DNA of 64,000 nt from Octopus sinensis (Eukaryota). The stretch lies in NCBI RefSeq assembly GCF_006345805.1, contig NC_043002.1:108252001-108316000 (forward strand), in the 5' to 3' direction. The notes under the pieces were generated by a model. That model worked only from the letters and a program-made list of their open reading frames with translations, searched no databases and was not told where the DNA came from. Of this stretch, positions 51,605 to 64,000 are shown one piece after another (within the stretch, counting starts at the first letter, position 1; every line of letters starts with the position of its first letter). The position numbers and the translations under genes were made by a program.

Positions 51605-53643
51605 TACATACACACACACATACAAACATACACACACATAAACACATGCATGCACACACACAAACACATTTACACACACACCTATGTATGTTTTTTTTCT
51701 TTTTGGTTATATATTTCATTTATATACACCCTTCCATGATTAACTGTGTATACAGCTTTTCTGCATCAAAAGCTAAATGAAACAAATTATTTCTATTTGT
51801 GTTGGGTATATATGGCTGACCTTCTTCATCGTTGACCAACAGTATTGCAGAGACACTAACTTAACCACCTCTGCTGTACCTGGCTGTTTTTCAAAACAAG
51901 TGCTAAGCACCAGGTACCCTACCATCTATCCACTATTGCATACCCTGCAATTGGAAAGACCAGTCAATACACTTGCAGCATCTATGTATCTGCAGGAGAT
52001 GCCCGATACTGATTAAGTATAACTACATAACTGCCTTGGGTCCCTCCCTCTGGATTTTCTGTAGAGGTTTTAATCCACAAGTAAGCAGGGATTTATTATT
52101 ATGAAGCAGGCATGGTTTGTGCAAAGCCAAACCCGCTCTTTCATCCTTTAAACTTACATTGGTCTGGTACAAAAAGTGCCACAAGGCCAGTTCTTGTTAA
52201 GATGCAGGATTTGTATGGAGTTACTTTCTCTTAGATGAACAGGTTTTTGTCTACCCTGGGTCCATTAGGATGTTCTCCCAGAGAATTCTATGGCATGTTC
52301 ATTAATCCATTGCAAAGCCCCCGACAAGTGCTACTACTACTGGTCAGAGCAGATAGAATTTGTTGAGGTAGAATATCTACAGCTGGATGCCCTTTCTGTT
52401 GCCAACCTTCACCAGCTTCCAAACAATGCACAGTACGTCCTCATGGCCAGACATGTTTTTATGGATGATTGGAAATGAACAACACTTCTTGTTTACAACT
52501 ATTGCATGATGTCAATACTAAGACGCAAAAATACATGTACTCATGAAGGAAGAAAGAAAAAGAAGGAAAGGAAAAAGAAAGGAAGAAAGACAGACAGATG
52601 CAAGGGACTACTTTCAGTTTCTGTTTATCAAATCTACTCAGAGAGCTTTGAGGTGTCTACAAGAGAAGACACATGCCCAAGATGCCACACTGTAACTGAA
52701 CCTGGAACCCTGGAGTTGCAGAACAAATGTAGCCACACAACCACAGCTACAATTAAACAAAAAAAAAAAAAAGCAAGAGATATTATGTAATGTAGTCCCA
52801 GAAACATTACGTCCATAAAAAAAACAAGGAGACAACATGATTATGGCTGGCACACCTTTTCTCAACAACAACAAGAGCAACAACATAGAAACAACTAAAA
52901 AAAAACTCCAGTTAATATGTCTGAAGTTAGCAAAGGAAATGAAGGTTTGTGTTGCATTAAGTAATTCGGTCCTGTTGAATAATAAACATTGACCAGACTT
53001 TATGGCAACCAACCCCGTCTAGAGACAATAACAGTCAAACTAATTTTAGTTTTATTACTTATAAATTTCCAGCGGAATTGCAATAAAAATGTAAATAATT
53101 CTACGAGAAAGAATTGAGAACCAAGTTTATTCCTTGTTTGTTTGTTCCTGTTTTATTGTCTGCCAAATGATTGAATCTCGTTCTCTCTACATTATATCAT
53201 CCACATATAACTTAACCAGCCTGCTGTCCACATGACAAACCTCTCTGACTGTCAGTCTTTAATGTACAAGAATTGAACTATCAATCTCGGGTTTCTAATG
53301 CTATGTATTGCTTTCTCTGTTTAGACTTCACTGTGTAACTGTTACTCATTTTGCCCCCTCACTCTCCACACACTTACATACACACACTCTCACCTATATA
53401 AATATACATACAGATGTGTGTTCATAAGTATGTTTATGTAAATATACATGTGCATACACATAGGGGTAGGTTACAGAGTGATGAAGGAAACCGATCCAAA
53501 CCTTTGAAGTTACTGTCAACATTTTCCTTGTAAAAATAAGCATGATAAGCTTAAATGTTTTCAGTAATCTTTCAATTACAGTTTCACTGATCTTATATTT
53601 AACTATACATAAAAAAAAACATTAGTACACATACACACACACA

Positions 53644-54251
53644 TGGGGGTGGTGCTGAAAAGTTCCTGGCTTTGGGTAAAAGAAAATACAGGAGGATCAG
53701 TTAATTAAGATTTTATTGAACACTAGCAGTATCACCCGGTGTTGTTCGGGTTTGTAAGGGAAATAACTATATAAGCATTTTTAGAGATGTAAAGTATAAT
53801 AGCCATCTCAATATGGCTAACCACAAAGGATGGGGTGCTACTGTAGCTTTTTACGTTCTGAGATTTAATAAATTTTTAGAGAGTTACTTCCTTTATATAT
53901 GCCAAAAATGCATTAAAAATGGGAAAAATTTATGGTAAATTTTTTTTAATCGTAGACTCATCGTAGACGCGTGCTAATACCCAGAAGGGCTTGATATGAA
54001 TCACGACTATAAGATACCCGGTTTTGGTTAAACTGCACTGCAAAATGTGGGAGTAGTTAGGAATCTAAATCGTAGGAGACAGACAGCACACAACTTCACT
54101 TTTATATATAAAGATATGCCCCTTCTCAGATTCACACACTTGTATTAGTCCTTCAATTTTTCAAAGCCCTGTAAAAGAACTTGGAAGTTTGGGCCTACAA
54201 CTGGGCCTTTCACTATACCCGTAAAACCAGGAACTTCTCAGCACCCCTTCA
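53644..54251. mobile_element. Mariner-like MITE with a nested Helitron
   Basis: TIRs are GGTGCTGAAAAGTTCCTGGCTTT and AAACCAGGAACTTCTCAGCACC. Confidence 0.8.
53723..54114 (-). mobile_element. Non-autonomous Helitron (same subfamily as 35811-36311)
   Basis: A|CTAGCAGTATCACCCGG ... TTTTATATATAAAGA|T. Confidence 0.9.
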
Positions 54252-54304
54252 TACATGTGTATGTGTGCACATGTGTATTTGTGTGTATATATATATATAT
54301 ATAT

Positions 54305-54600
54305 CATCATCATCATCATCGTTTAACATCCGCTTTCCATGCTAGCAAGGGTTGGACAATTTGACTGAGGACTGGCGAACCAGATGGCTGCACCAGGCTC
54401 CAATCTTATCTGGCAGAGTTTCTACAGCTGGATGCCCTTCCTACTGCCAACCACTCCAACAGTGTAGTGTACTTTTACATGCCACCGGCACCAGCGGGCC
54501 AGTCAGGCGGTACTGGCAACAGCCACACTCAAGTGGTGTTTTTTATGTGCCACCTGCACAGGAGCCAGTCCAGTGGCACTGGCAATGACCTTGCTTGAAA
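54305..54600 (-). mobile_element. RTE 3' UTR fragment
   Basis: CATCATCATCGTTTAACATCCGCTTTCCATGC start, homologous to the reverse of 61200-61377. Confidence 0.85.
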
Positions 54601-54653
<53 letters not shown>

Positions 54654-55049
54654 TGATCCTGTTCCTGACCAATCACAAATGCTCTGTCTCTCCATTCTCC
54701 ATCCTTCAAGATATTTTCTAAGCGTTACTCACTATTCTCACCTCCTTGGCCCCATGGCCGTATTTTGTTCGTCCTTGTCCACGGTCCTAAATCACACTCT
54801 GTGTCATTTGCTTGTTCTGTTTTGTTTGCTCTTGTCCCTAATTCAATGCAAAAAACCCTTTTTTTTTTTTTTGTATGTGCTCTGCCAATTGGAAAGCACT
54901 TAGTCCTAAAAAGAGGAGGAGTTATTTTTAAAGGTGCAAAACTGAATATTACCAATTGGTCGATAACTGAAGAAGAATTACAGACCTTCTGTTTGTCTCC
55001 CGTTTGTTTTACATTCACTATACGTTATCTTGTTTGTTTATACATTTTT

Positions 55050-55300
55050 CATTTATATATATCTATATCTATATATATATATATATATATATATAATGTG
55101 TTGTGTGGTGAGTGTTGTGACACCATATATATATATATACATATATTATGTGTGTATGGGTGAGTGTGTGGTGTACACATATATATATATACATATATAT
55201 ATATATATTGTGTGTGTGTGTGTGTACATATATATATATATATATATATCTATATATTAATATATACATATATATATATATTATATACATATATATTATC

Positions 55301-55376
<76 letters not shown>

Positions 55377-55422
55377 CAAAGAATATAAAGAAATAATGTA
55401 AATGCATCCATGAACATACACT

Positions 55423-55465
<43 letters not shown>

Positions 55466-56119
55466 ATGCCTTAGCAACTGAATATTCTTTATATTTTACA
55501 GATGTAATTCACATTTGAGTTTGCATAAGTGAATATGCGTTTGTGCATGTCAGTGTGTGTGTGTATGAGAGAGAGAGGGGGGAGTGGAAGTTGAGTGTTA
55601 AAACAATATGGAGTAGATGCAGTTAAGAGCAGACACGCAGGCGATTGAGAATATTAGATATTAACAACATATTTGATATATATATATGTATGTATATATT
55701 TATGTTGTGTGTGTGTATAATATATATATATATATATATATGGTGTGTGTATTATGTTATGTATATATATATATAAAGTCAGATATATATACATATATAA
55801 TAATATATATATATAATCATAATATAATTACATATATATATACATATATATATATATATAATATATATATATACCATATATATATATATACATATATATA
55901 TACATATATAAGACATATATATACCTACATATATATACATATATATACATTATTACATATATATAACATACATCTATAGATACATATATATCTATAATAT
56001 ACATATATATACGATATATACATATATATACATATATATACATATATAATATCATATATATATAATATAATATATATATATATAAATATACACATATATA
56101 TACATATATAGATAGATAC

Positions 56120-56154
<35 letters not shown>

Positions 56155-56268
56155 CATCTATATCTATATAACATATAATACATATATATATATATATATA
56201 CATATTATACATATATATACATATATATATATATATAATATAATATATATATATACTATATATACATG

Positions 56269-56306
<38 letters not shown>

Positions 56307-56318
56307 ATATATATATAC

Positions 56319-56369
<51 letters not shown>

Positions 56370-56448
56370 CATATATATATAATATATATCAATATATATA
56401 CATAATATTATATATATACATATATATATATATATACATATATATACA

Positions 56449-56480
<32 letters not shown>

Positions 56481-56646
56481 ATTATACATATATATACATA
56501 TATATATATACATATATAATATATATCTACATATATATATTATATATATACATATATATATATATATCATATATATACATATACATATATATCCATATAT
56601 ATATAACATATATACATATAATAAACATATATATATACATATATAC

Positions 56647-56697
<51 letters not shown>

Positions 56698-56754
56698 CCT
56701 ATCATATATATATATATATAGACATATATATATATATATAATATATATAATAAT

Positions 56755-56797
<43 letters not shown>

Positions 56798-56835
56798 TAT
56801 ATTCTATATATATATATATACCACACACACATGTA
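55050..56835. repeat. About 1.8 kb degenerate (TA)n/(TACA)n/(TG)n microsatellite field
   Basis: Direct reading. Confidence 0.95.
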
Positions 56836-57828
56836 TGAGTTAACTGCTGGTATTTAAAGCCAGAGCATGCAATTTTTAAAGCTAAGACCCACAAACTTAT
56901 AAGCTACATGTAATATGTATCTACCCTCTTTTCCAGCTGTCTGTGATAAAAATGAAAAACATTAACACTGGATTTGCTATTTACATTCATTTATTTATAT
57001 ATATTGGGCATGCATTGCATACTTTGCACTCATGCATGAAATCCCTCTGATATATATTTGCACAAATGAACTACATACTTCAACTTTGAAGAAATTTCAG
57101 GTTTTGATAATCATGACTTTGAGTTTCACATTGCCAATTACTCGAATGAATAAGGGAAGTAGCATGACAATATATATGCAAAAATATTTGTAAAACCTTG
57201 GAAATATGACTAATTATTCATTGAGATTTGATTGGTTGCCAAAATACTGTAAGAAAGTGAATCACATTTTCATCTATTCAGTTACCATTCACAGAAGATA
57301 TGGTATATTTAATTATTCACATGCAAAAAACAATTTCATGTCTTCAATAATCATATGTGTAAAACACACAAAAGCAAGAAAGGTGTTTATTTTTACTGAA
57401 GTTTTAGCCATGATGAATAACTAAATGTTTTTCAATTCATTTGCAGAGTATTAATATATATATTCCAGCCATCCCCTGATAACCCATAGAAATTTAGCAA
57501 ACAAAGCCTACTAGTAAATGCATATCTGGTTATACTTTGATGAAGAATCTTTTGTGTCAATCATTATTACAATGATGCAATAAAAAAGTGGCTTCAAAAA
57601 TGAAATACATTACATACAAAATAACACTAACACTCAAAAAAAAGTGCCAAAAATATGAAACAAAATATTTTATGTTACAATTCTCTGTTCAGATTAAATG
57701 TTTGTTCAAATATTATCAGAATTTTCATAAACCTCTTAAGCACTTCCATAGATATAATGTCTTTCATAGACATATAATTAAGGTGAGCTATAGTTGTCTC
57801 AAAAACTTTGTTATTATTAATACCTGTA

Positions 57829-58415
57829 GAAAATTACTATTGTTAAATCTCACAGAGATATTCAGCAACAGTACTTTGGAGTAAAAATTGTTTGCCAACA
57901 TATCATGGCAGTCCTGGTTTAGGATGAATGTTGCTGTAATTTAGCCCCAGGAGACATCGTCTCCAGCTGGCTATACGACACGATCTGTGTCGTTATATTT
58001 TCAAACAAGGCAATCTAGCACCCTGACTCAGCTCAAAACAATATCTGTGTATCATGATTTCCGGGTTATTTCCCTTCATCAGCACAGAATAATTGTTCGG
58101 CTAGAGGTGGCACTGCCAAATTCCCGTTCAAAATATATAGTTTTCAAAGTGGCAACTAGTTACTGATCAATAAACTAGAAAATTACTATTTTTAAATCTC
58201 ACGAGAGATATTCAGCAACAGTACTCTGGAGTAAAGATTATTTGCCAACATAACATGGCAGTCCTGATTTAGGATGAATGTTGCTGTAATTCAGCCCCAG
58301 GAGACATCATCTCCAGCTGACTATATGACAATCTGTGTTCTTATATTTTCGAACAAGGGAATCCTGGGGCTAAATTACAGCAACATTCGTCCTAAACCAA
58401 GACTGCTATGTTATA
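57829..58415 (-). mobile_element. Penelope-like fragment: two direct repeats of about 175 bp plus an inverted partial repeat
   Basis: Repeats at about 57829-58010 and 58178-58358, and an inverted copy CCTGGGGCTAAATTACAGCAACATTCGTCCTAAACC at about 58363-58415. A hammerhead motif lies between the direct repeats. Confidence 0.7.
58045..58087 (-). ncRNA. Minimal type I hammerhead motif (best-preserved copy)
   Basis: Minus strand reads CTGTG-CTGATGA-A-GGG(AAATAA)CCC-G-GAA-ATCATGAT (palindrome)-A-CACAG, with a perfect helix I and an intact core. Confidence 0.75.
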
Positions 58416-58772
58416 TCTTTATTATAATGCCAGTAGGGACAACAATGTGAATTAGTGTAATGATCAAGAAGCATTTCTTTCTAATAACATGCATATGCAC
58501 ACACATGCATCCATCCCTCCCTCCCTAATTCATTATCTTAATATAAAAGGGAAATTTAACCTGAGTGGATTTGATCCCAGACCATGGAGAACTGGAACTA
58601 ATCCTGCAAGATATTTTATCCTGTTCTATTGACTATCAATTCACCCACACAAGGACACACACTAAGTAAGACATCTATAGTATATTAATATATATATATA
58701 TATATATATATTTCGTTTTTGGATTTGGTTTGCAAGATTCTTTATGTGAGTTCGTGTGTTGAAGCATATTCT

Positions 58773-59010
58773 GTTGTGTATGGGAAGTTTCATTTTCTTT
58801 TTGTGCCTTATAATTTAATACACTCACCGGTAAAATTTCCACTTATTTTTATTTTCCTAAAATTTTCATTGCGTCTTGCAACCTTTTCAATAGCAAAGAT
58901 GCAACGAAAATTTTAGGAAAATAAAAATAAGAAATATGTGGAAATTTTACCAGTAAGTGTGTTAAATTATAAGGCACAAACAGAAAATGACTCTCTCCAG
59001 ACACAACAGT
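58773..59010. repeat. Fold-back hairpin (arms about 110 bp, loop about 13 nt), flanked by (TA)n
   Basis: CTGTTGTGT...GTGCCTTATAATTTAA...TTTCCTAAAATTTTC is mirrored by GAAAATTTTAGGAAA...TTAAATTATAAGGCAC...ACACAACAG. Confidence 0.9.
58857..58893 (-). ncRNA. Minimal hammerhead-like motif with U3:A8 core
   Basis: Minus strand reads CTA-TTGAAAA-G-GTTGC/GCAAT-GAA-AATT (palindrome)-T-TAG. The other arm has GCAAC, which gives a fully paired helix II. Confidence 0.55.
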
Positions 59011-60525
59011 ATATATATATATATACCTCACCTCCCAATGATTGATATAAGAACAGAGAAGAGAGAGAGAATGAAAGAGAGTTAGATAATAAATCTCTGT
59101 CAGGGTAGCGTAAAAAACAGCAGAATAGATGGGTTCTTATTGCTTAACCCAAGATATCTGTTTATCTTCTATTTCTAGCTGGTAGGATTGTGCAGAGGCT
59201 CCTTCTCATTGGCTAAATTGGTTGGAGAAATAGATTAAGTAGACCTAATATAAACACAAGTAGAGTCGTTATGATATGGTCATTGAAGAACCTTGAAATC
59301 TTGAGGTTTAGTTCAAGCTATAATTCTTCATAGCATGGGAGAATGGAGTTGCCAAACTGGAAGTTGGCATTGCCAGCCAAACTCAGTGCAAACTGGTTTG
59401 TTGTTTTAACTTTTTTTATTTTTTATATCATATCCAACTTCATAGTTATATGTTTAGATATTATTTTCTTTTACTTTCAAAAATGTCAGTTATACTGATA
59501 TGAAGGTATGGAATTTGGTTTTTAATGAGGAAATGCAAGGATACATGTGTGTGTGTGTGGTGTGTGTGTCTGTGTATCATCAGTAGTTCATATATCCAAA
59601 TAAGAAGCACACTCTAATGCATTAAAGCAGTGTGTATATGTGTATGTATGTGTATATATATGTATGTATGTGTATATATATATGTATGTATGTGTATATA
59701 TATAAATATAGGAAGGGCATCCAGCCGTAGAAACATTGCCAGATCAAACTGGGCCTGGTGCAGCCTTCTGGCTTCCCAGACCACAGTTGAACCGTCCAAC
59801 CCATGCTAGCATGGAAAGCGGACGCTAAACGATGATGATATATACACACATATATATATATCTGCTGTATCTGTAGGGTTAGGTAAATTGTTCTTCACAC
59901 CATAGATAGATCTATATTTTTCAGTCCATGGAAGCAAAAAGAAAAAAACCGCATTTGTTTACAATTGGCACAATACACCAATGGATGTTGTGGGCTGAAA
60001 ATAAAAGTTTAACCGTGAACCATACTCCAGATATAGCAGACAATAAATGCAGTCTGTTGTATAATTAATTTGAACAAATCGTCAACATAACACCATGAAT
60101 GCAAATAAAACTAATCGGTTGAGCAAACTCACAACATTTAGTGACTATATATAGCTGTTAACTACATTCCTCTCTCTCTCTCTCTCTCCTCAGATCAAAA
60201 AGTAATTTTATTTCTGATGTAAATCCAGAAAGAACTGAAGTCAACCAGATAAACCTTTTGTTTTCTGTCTATGGGAAGGAGAAAGACATTTGTTTCCAGC
60301 TGTCACAATACAGTTATGGTTCCAGTGTGTTGAGGAAGAAGAAGAAGACATACACACACAGGGATAGATTATAGAATGAGCAATGAAAGAAACTGAGTCA
60401 AACCTTCAAAGTCACTGTCAACTTCTTTCTTGGAAAAAATAAAGGACATAAATGGCTTCATCCTTCAATTACCATCTGTTCTTAAATTTAACTAGTCATA
60501 AAAAAAAAAACATGCATATATAAGA

Positions 60526-61377
60526 ATAACCTGGGCAAAGTTCAGGAAGCTTCTACCCCTACTGGTGACAAAGGGCCTCTCGCTCAGAGTGAAATGTAGA
60601 TTGTATGATGCATGTGTGCAAACTGCCATGCTTCACAGCAGTGAAACATGGGCTGTGACTGCTGAAGACATGCGTAGGCTTGAAAGAAATGAAGCTAGCA
60701 TGATCCACTGGATGTGTAATGTCAGTGTCCATGCACGACAGAGTGTAAGCGCCCCGAGAGAAATGTTAGAGATAAAAAGTATCGGATATGGCGTGCAAGA
60801 GAGACATTTGCATTGGTATGGTCATGTACTATGGATGGACGAGGAGAGCTGGGTAAAGAAGTGCCACTCCCAAACAGTGGAAGGAATCCGGAGTAGAGGG
60901 ATCCGCAGGAAGACATGGGATGAGGTGGTGAAGCATGACCTTCGAATGTTGGGCCTCACAGAGACAATGACAAAAGACCAAGACCTCTGGCCGCATGCTG
61001 TGACTGAGAAGACCTGGCAAATAAAGTGAGTCCACAGCTGTAACCTACACCAGTGTCGCATAAACAACCATCTGAAAAAGTACCTTGGATCATGGGGCGA
61101 CATGCTTTGCTTGAGGAGACCTATTGAGTCAAGTACATCAACATCAGCAATATCAAAATCAAATCAAATGGAAATTGTAGTTGTGAGCCCCATGCTGGTA
61201 GCACGTAAAAAGCACCCACTACACTCTCAGAGTGGTTGGCATTAGGAAGGGCATCCAGCTGTAGAAACACTGCCAGATCAGATTGGGGCCTGGTGCAGCC
61301 TCCTGGCTTCCCAGAGCCCAGTCAAACCGTCCAACTCATGCCAGCATGGAAAATGGACGTTAAACAATGATGATGAT
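60526..61377 (+). mobile_element. 5'-truncated RTE-clade LINE (C-terminal ORF fragment 60565-61029, 3' UTR, (GAT)n tail)
   Basis: KGLSLRVKCRLYDACVQTAMLHSSETW...LHWYGHVLWMDEESWVKKC...RKTWDEVVKHDL is the characteristic RTE post-RT region. Its UTR explains the many short copies in the window. Confidence 0.92.
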
Positions 61378-61602
61378 ATATATACACACATATCTGTGTA
61401 TGTGTATGTATATATATATGTGTGTGCATATGCTTGTGTGCGTATGTATGAATATATTTTTTTTCTTGGCATCACGCTACTGATATAGCAGGTTATATGC
61501 ATATGTATACATAGTTAAAATTTATAGTAAAACAAAAGACAAAGACAGGTGTATGAACAACAAGCAGGTGTATTAGTTTGATGCTCAGGAAAATGAAAAA
61601 GT

Positions 61603-61639
61603 CTTTTACATTTCGAGCGTATGCTCTTCAGCAGAAAGG
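61603..61639 (-). ncRNA. Minimal hammerhead-like motif with an A6C core change
   Basis: Minus strand reads CCTTT-CTGCTGA-A-GAGC(ATAC)GCTC-GAA-ATGT-A-AAAG. Confidence 0.5.
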
Positions 61640-62239
61640 AATAAGAGAAAATAAACATATTTGTTTCTATGTCAAGTTATATAAATAAATAATTTAACAT
61701 TAAACTGATCCATTACTGAATACATTTTAGTAGAATATATGTTATTTTCGCAAGTAAAGATGTTACAGCGACTGAGGTTTTGTCACATGTTTGTGTGAGT
61801 GGGGTCTATATCTGTATGTGTATATTGACACACAGACACGCATACATGCATACATACAAACATACATATGTACACACAAAGATACTACTACATCTGTGCG
61901 TAACATTGGCACCTTTTTTCAAGTTGTCTGTCATTCAGTAGAAATAGATAAATAATAGCATCTCTGCTGTAATGAAGGGGTGGACGTGATTCCGCTGCTG
62001 CTTTTGTTGTTTGTGGAAAGTTGTGAATTAACTCAGATGTAAAACAACAAACAAATAGAAGGAAAAAAAAAGAATGTGTTTATATTTATAACAACATATG
62101 TTGGGTAGCAGGGTGGCAGGGTAGCATTAAGTCATAACTGAGTTCCATAGAATAAGGTTATCAAAAGTAGTTTCTTCACCCCATCAAGGTTCTTTCTGAA
62201 CTTTTACACTGATCTATTATTAGTATTATCATGGTAGCA

Positions 62240-62716
62240 GGCTGGCAGAATCATTAGCATGACAGACAAAATGCTTAGCAGCATTTCATTTGTCTTTACA
62301 TTCCGAGTTCAAATTCCACTACGGTCAATTATGCCTTTCATCTTTCCAGGGTCGATAAAATAAGTAGTAGTTGGGCACTGGGGTCAATGTAATTGACTCA
62401 CCCACTCCCTCACCAAATTTCAAGCCTTGTGCCTTTAGTAGAAAGGATTATTATTATTATTACTTTGCCTTTCATCCTTATGGGGTCGATAAATTAAGTA
62501 CCAGTTACGCACTGGGGTCGATATAATCAACTTAATCCATTTGTCTGTCCTTGTTTGTCCCCTCTATGTTTAGCCCCTTGTGGGTAGTAAAGAAAGATTA
62601 TAATTATTATTATTATTATTATTATTATTATTTTATTGTCTTTGCACAGCTTCTAACACTGGAGATGTACTACAGGGTTAGCTGTTCACTACCAGTGAAC
62701 TAAGGTAACACCCCTA

Positions 62717-62747
<31 letters not shown>

Positions 62748-62885
62748 TATTATTTGCCATGGTCAGCTTTGCTTTTCATCCTTTCAGGGTTAATAAATTA
62801 AGTACCAGTTAAATACTGGGGTCAATGTAATCGATTCATCCCCTCCCCCAAAATGGCTGCTCTTGTGGCAAAATTTGAAACCATT
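62240..62885 (+). mobile_element. Cluster of SINE family B copies with (ATT)n tails
   Basis: Consensus matches at about 62240-62460, 62465-62600 and 62755-62885. Confidence 0.8.
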
Positions 62886-64000
62886 ATTATAATTATTATC
62901 ATTAGATGTTGAAACCAAGAGAACGATGTAACTAAGCTCCTATTTAAAAAGGAATTTTCAACAGGATTATTGAATAAAAAGAATTTTATTTGTTTGTTTT
63001 TTTCCCCCATTAACTAAAGGTTTTCAAATAAACAGCCTCCCTAATTCCCAGGGGTGTAAAACAAGGTTTGTCTTTAGACATTTTATTGTGAACAGATATT
63101 ATTGCAAACATTCACTTCCCTGTTTATTATTAGGGGTTCAATTATAGCTACCTCTGTTGTAGAGGAGGAAAGTACTAAGCACAATTCTTTGTAACAATGA
63201 CTGCTCCCACCACAAATTTTTGCAGAGAAACAGTTAAAAAAAAAAAAGGAAGTCTAATAATTCTGCTGTTTCAAATAATAACAAAAACAGTATTTGGTTC
63301 CTACAGAAAAATAAACAAAGAACAATAGACATCTCACACCAATATGCTCGATATAATGTTGGTCAATAATTTACCAGTCCAGGGTCGGTCGATAAAAATA
63401 TATTTTGGACTTTTTGGAATGTGGGTCAACAGTTATTGTTTATTTTTGCTGTTGTTGTTTTCGGCCAGCCATGACAAATAACCAAAGGCATTCCAACCAT
63501 ACCCAACTTGTTTATTCATCCAGTTTATCTCAGGCTATGTTTACATTATATGTTGTTACCATGTATGTAGGCATCGAGCTGGCAGAACTGTTAGCATGCT
63601 GGGCAAATATGCTAAGCTGTATTTCATCCGTCTTTTCGTTCTAAGTTCAAATTCTGCTGAGGTCAACTTTGCTTTTCATCCTTTTGGGGTCGATGTAATC
63701 AACTACTCCTGGGTAAGAACAAGAATCTCACCAGGCCATCTCAAGCCAGTATGATAGAATAGGGTCATCAAACCAGTCTGATCTCAGGCTCAAATTTATG
63801 GCCTTCACATCAGACCATGTTTGGTGGAGAGAGGATGCTGAGGCCTTCATCCAGCAGTGAACTGAACATTGGCTATCCAATCCAACATGTATTTAATGGG
63901 TTTTAGAATAGGGACACTGTGTCGTTGCATAGTGTAAGAGGCAGCAAAATTGGGTAGCAACACAAAGGGCATTTGGCTGTGAAAATACTGCCTCACAAAA

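Noticed and set aside
55030-56894. Many YIYI/IYIY ORFs, also at 5.3, 29.6, 47.2 and 51.5 kb
   Set aside because: Microsatellite translations.

Overview
AT-rich, repeat-saturated animal genomic DNA. The SINE, RTE and microsatellite landscape matches what I recall of Octopus (cephalopod) genomes; this is an inference, not a database result. There is no complete protein-coding gene, rRNA, true tRNA gene or CRISPR array. Almost all listed ORFs are microsatellite or repeat artefacts. Exceptions are decayed transposon fragments (RTE at 60.5-61.4 kb, L2/CR1-group at 1.6-2.1 and 47.8-48.2 kb, mariner at 8.4-9.3 kb, hAT at 15.3-17.7 kb) and one plausible first coding exon on the minus strand (25470-25560) in a CpG-richer promoter-like zone. 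The most striking signal is a set of minimal type I hammerhead ribozyme motifs with palindromic helix III, the Penelope-associated form, in at least six unrelated repeat families. Three of them have compensatory changes in the core 3:8 pair (one G3:C8, two U3:A8). One family forms a TSD-flanked head-to-head element made of a tRNA-like Pol III head, a hammerhead and a tail. Other structure includes a 2.3 kb fold-back duplication centred in a mariner, Helitrons nested at A^T sites inside MITEs, a SINE inserting mostly at GGT, a 926 bp tandem duplication and several locally copied segments. No ribozyme activity or novelty can be confirmed from sequence alone.
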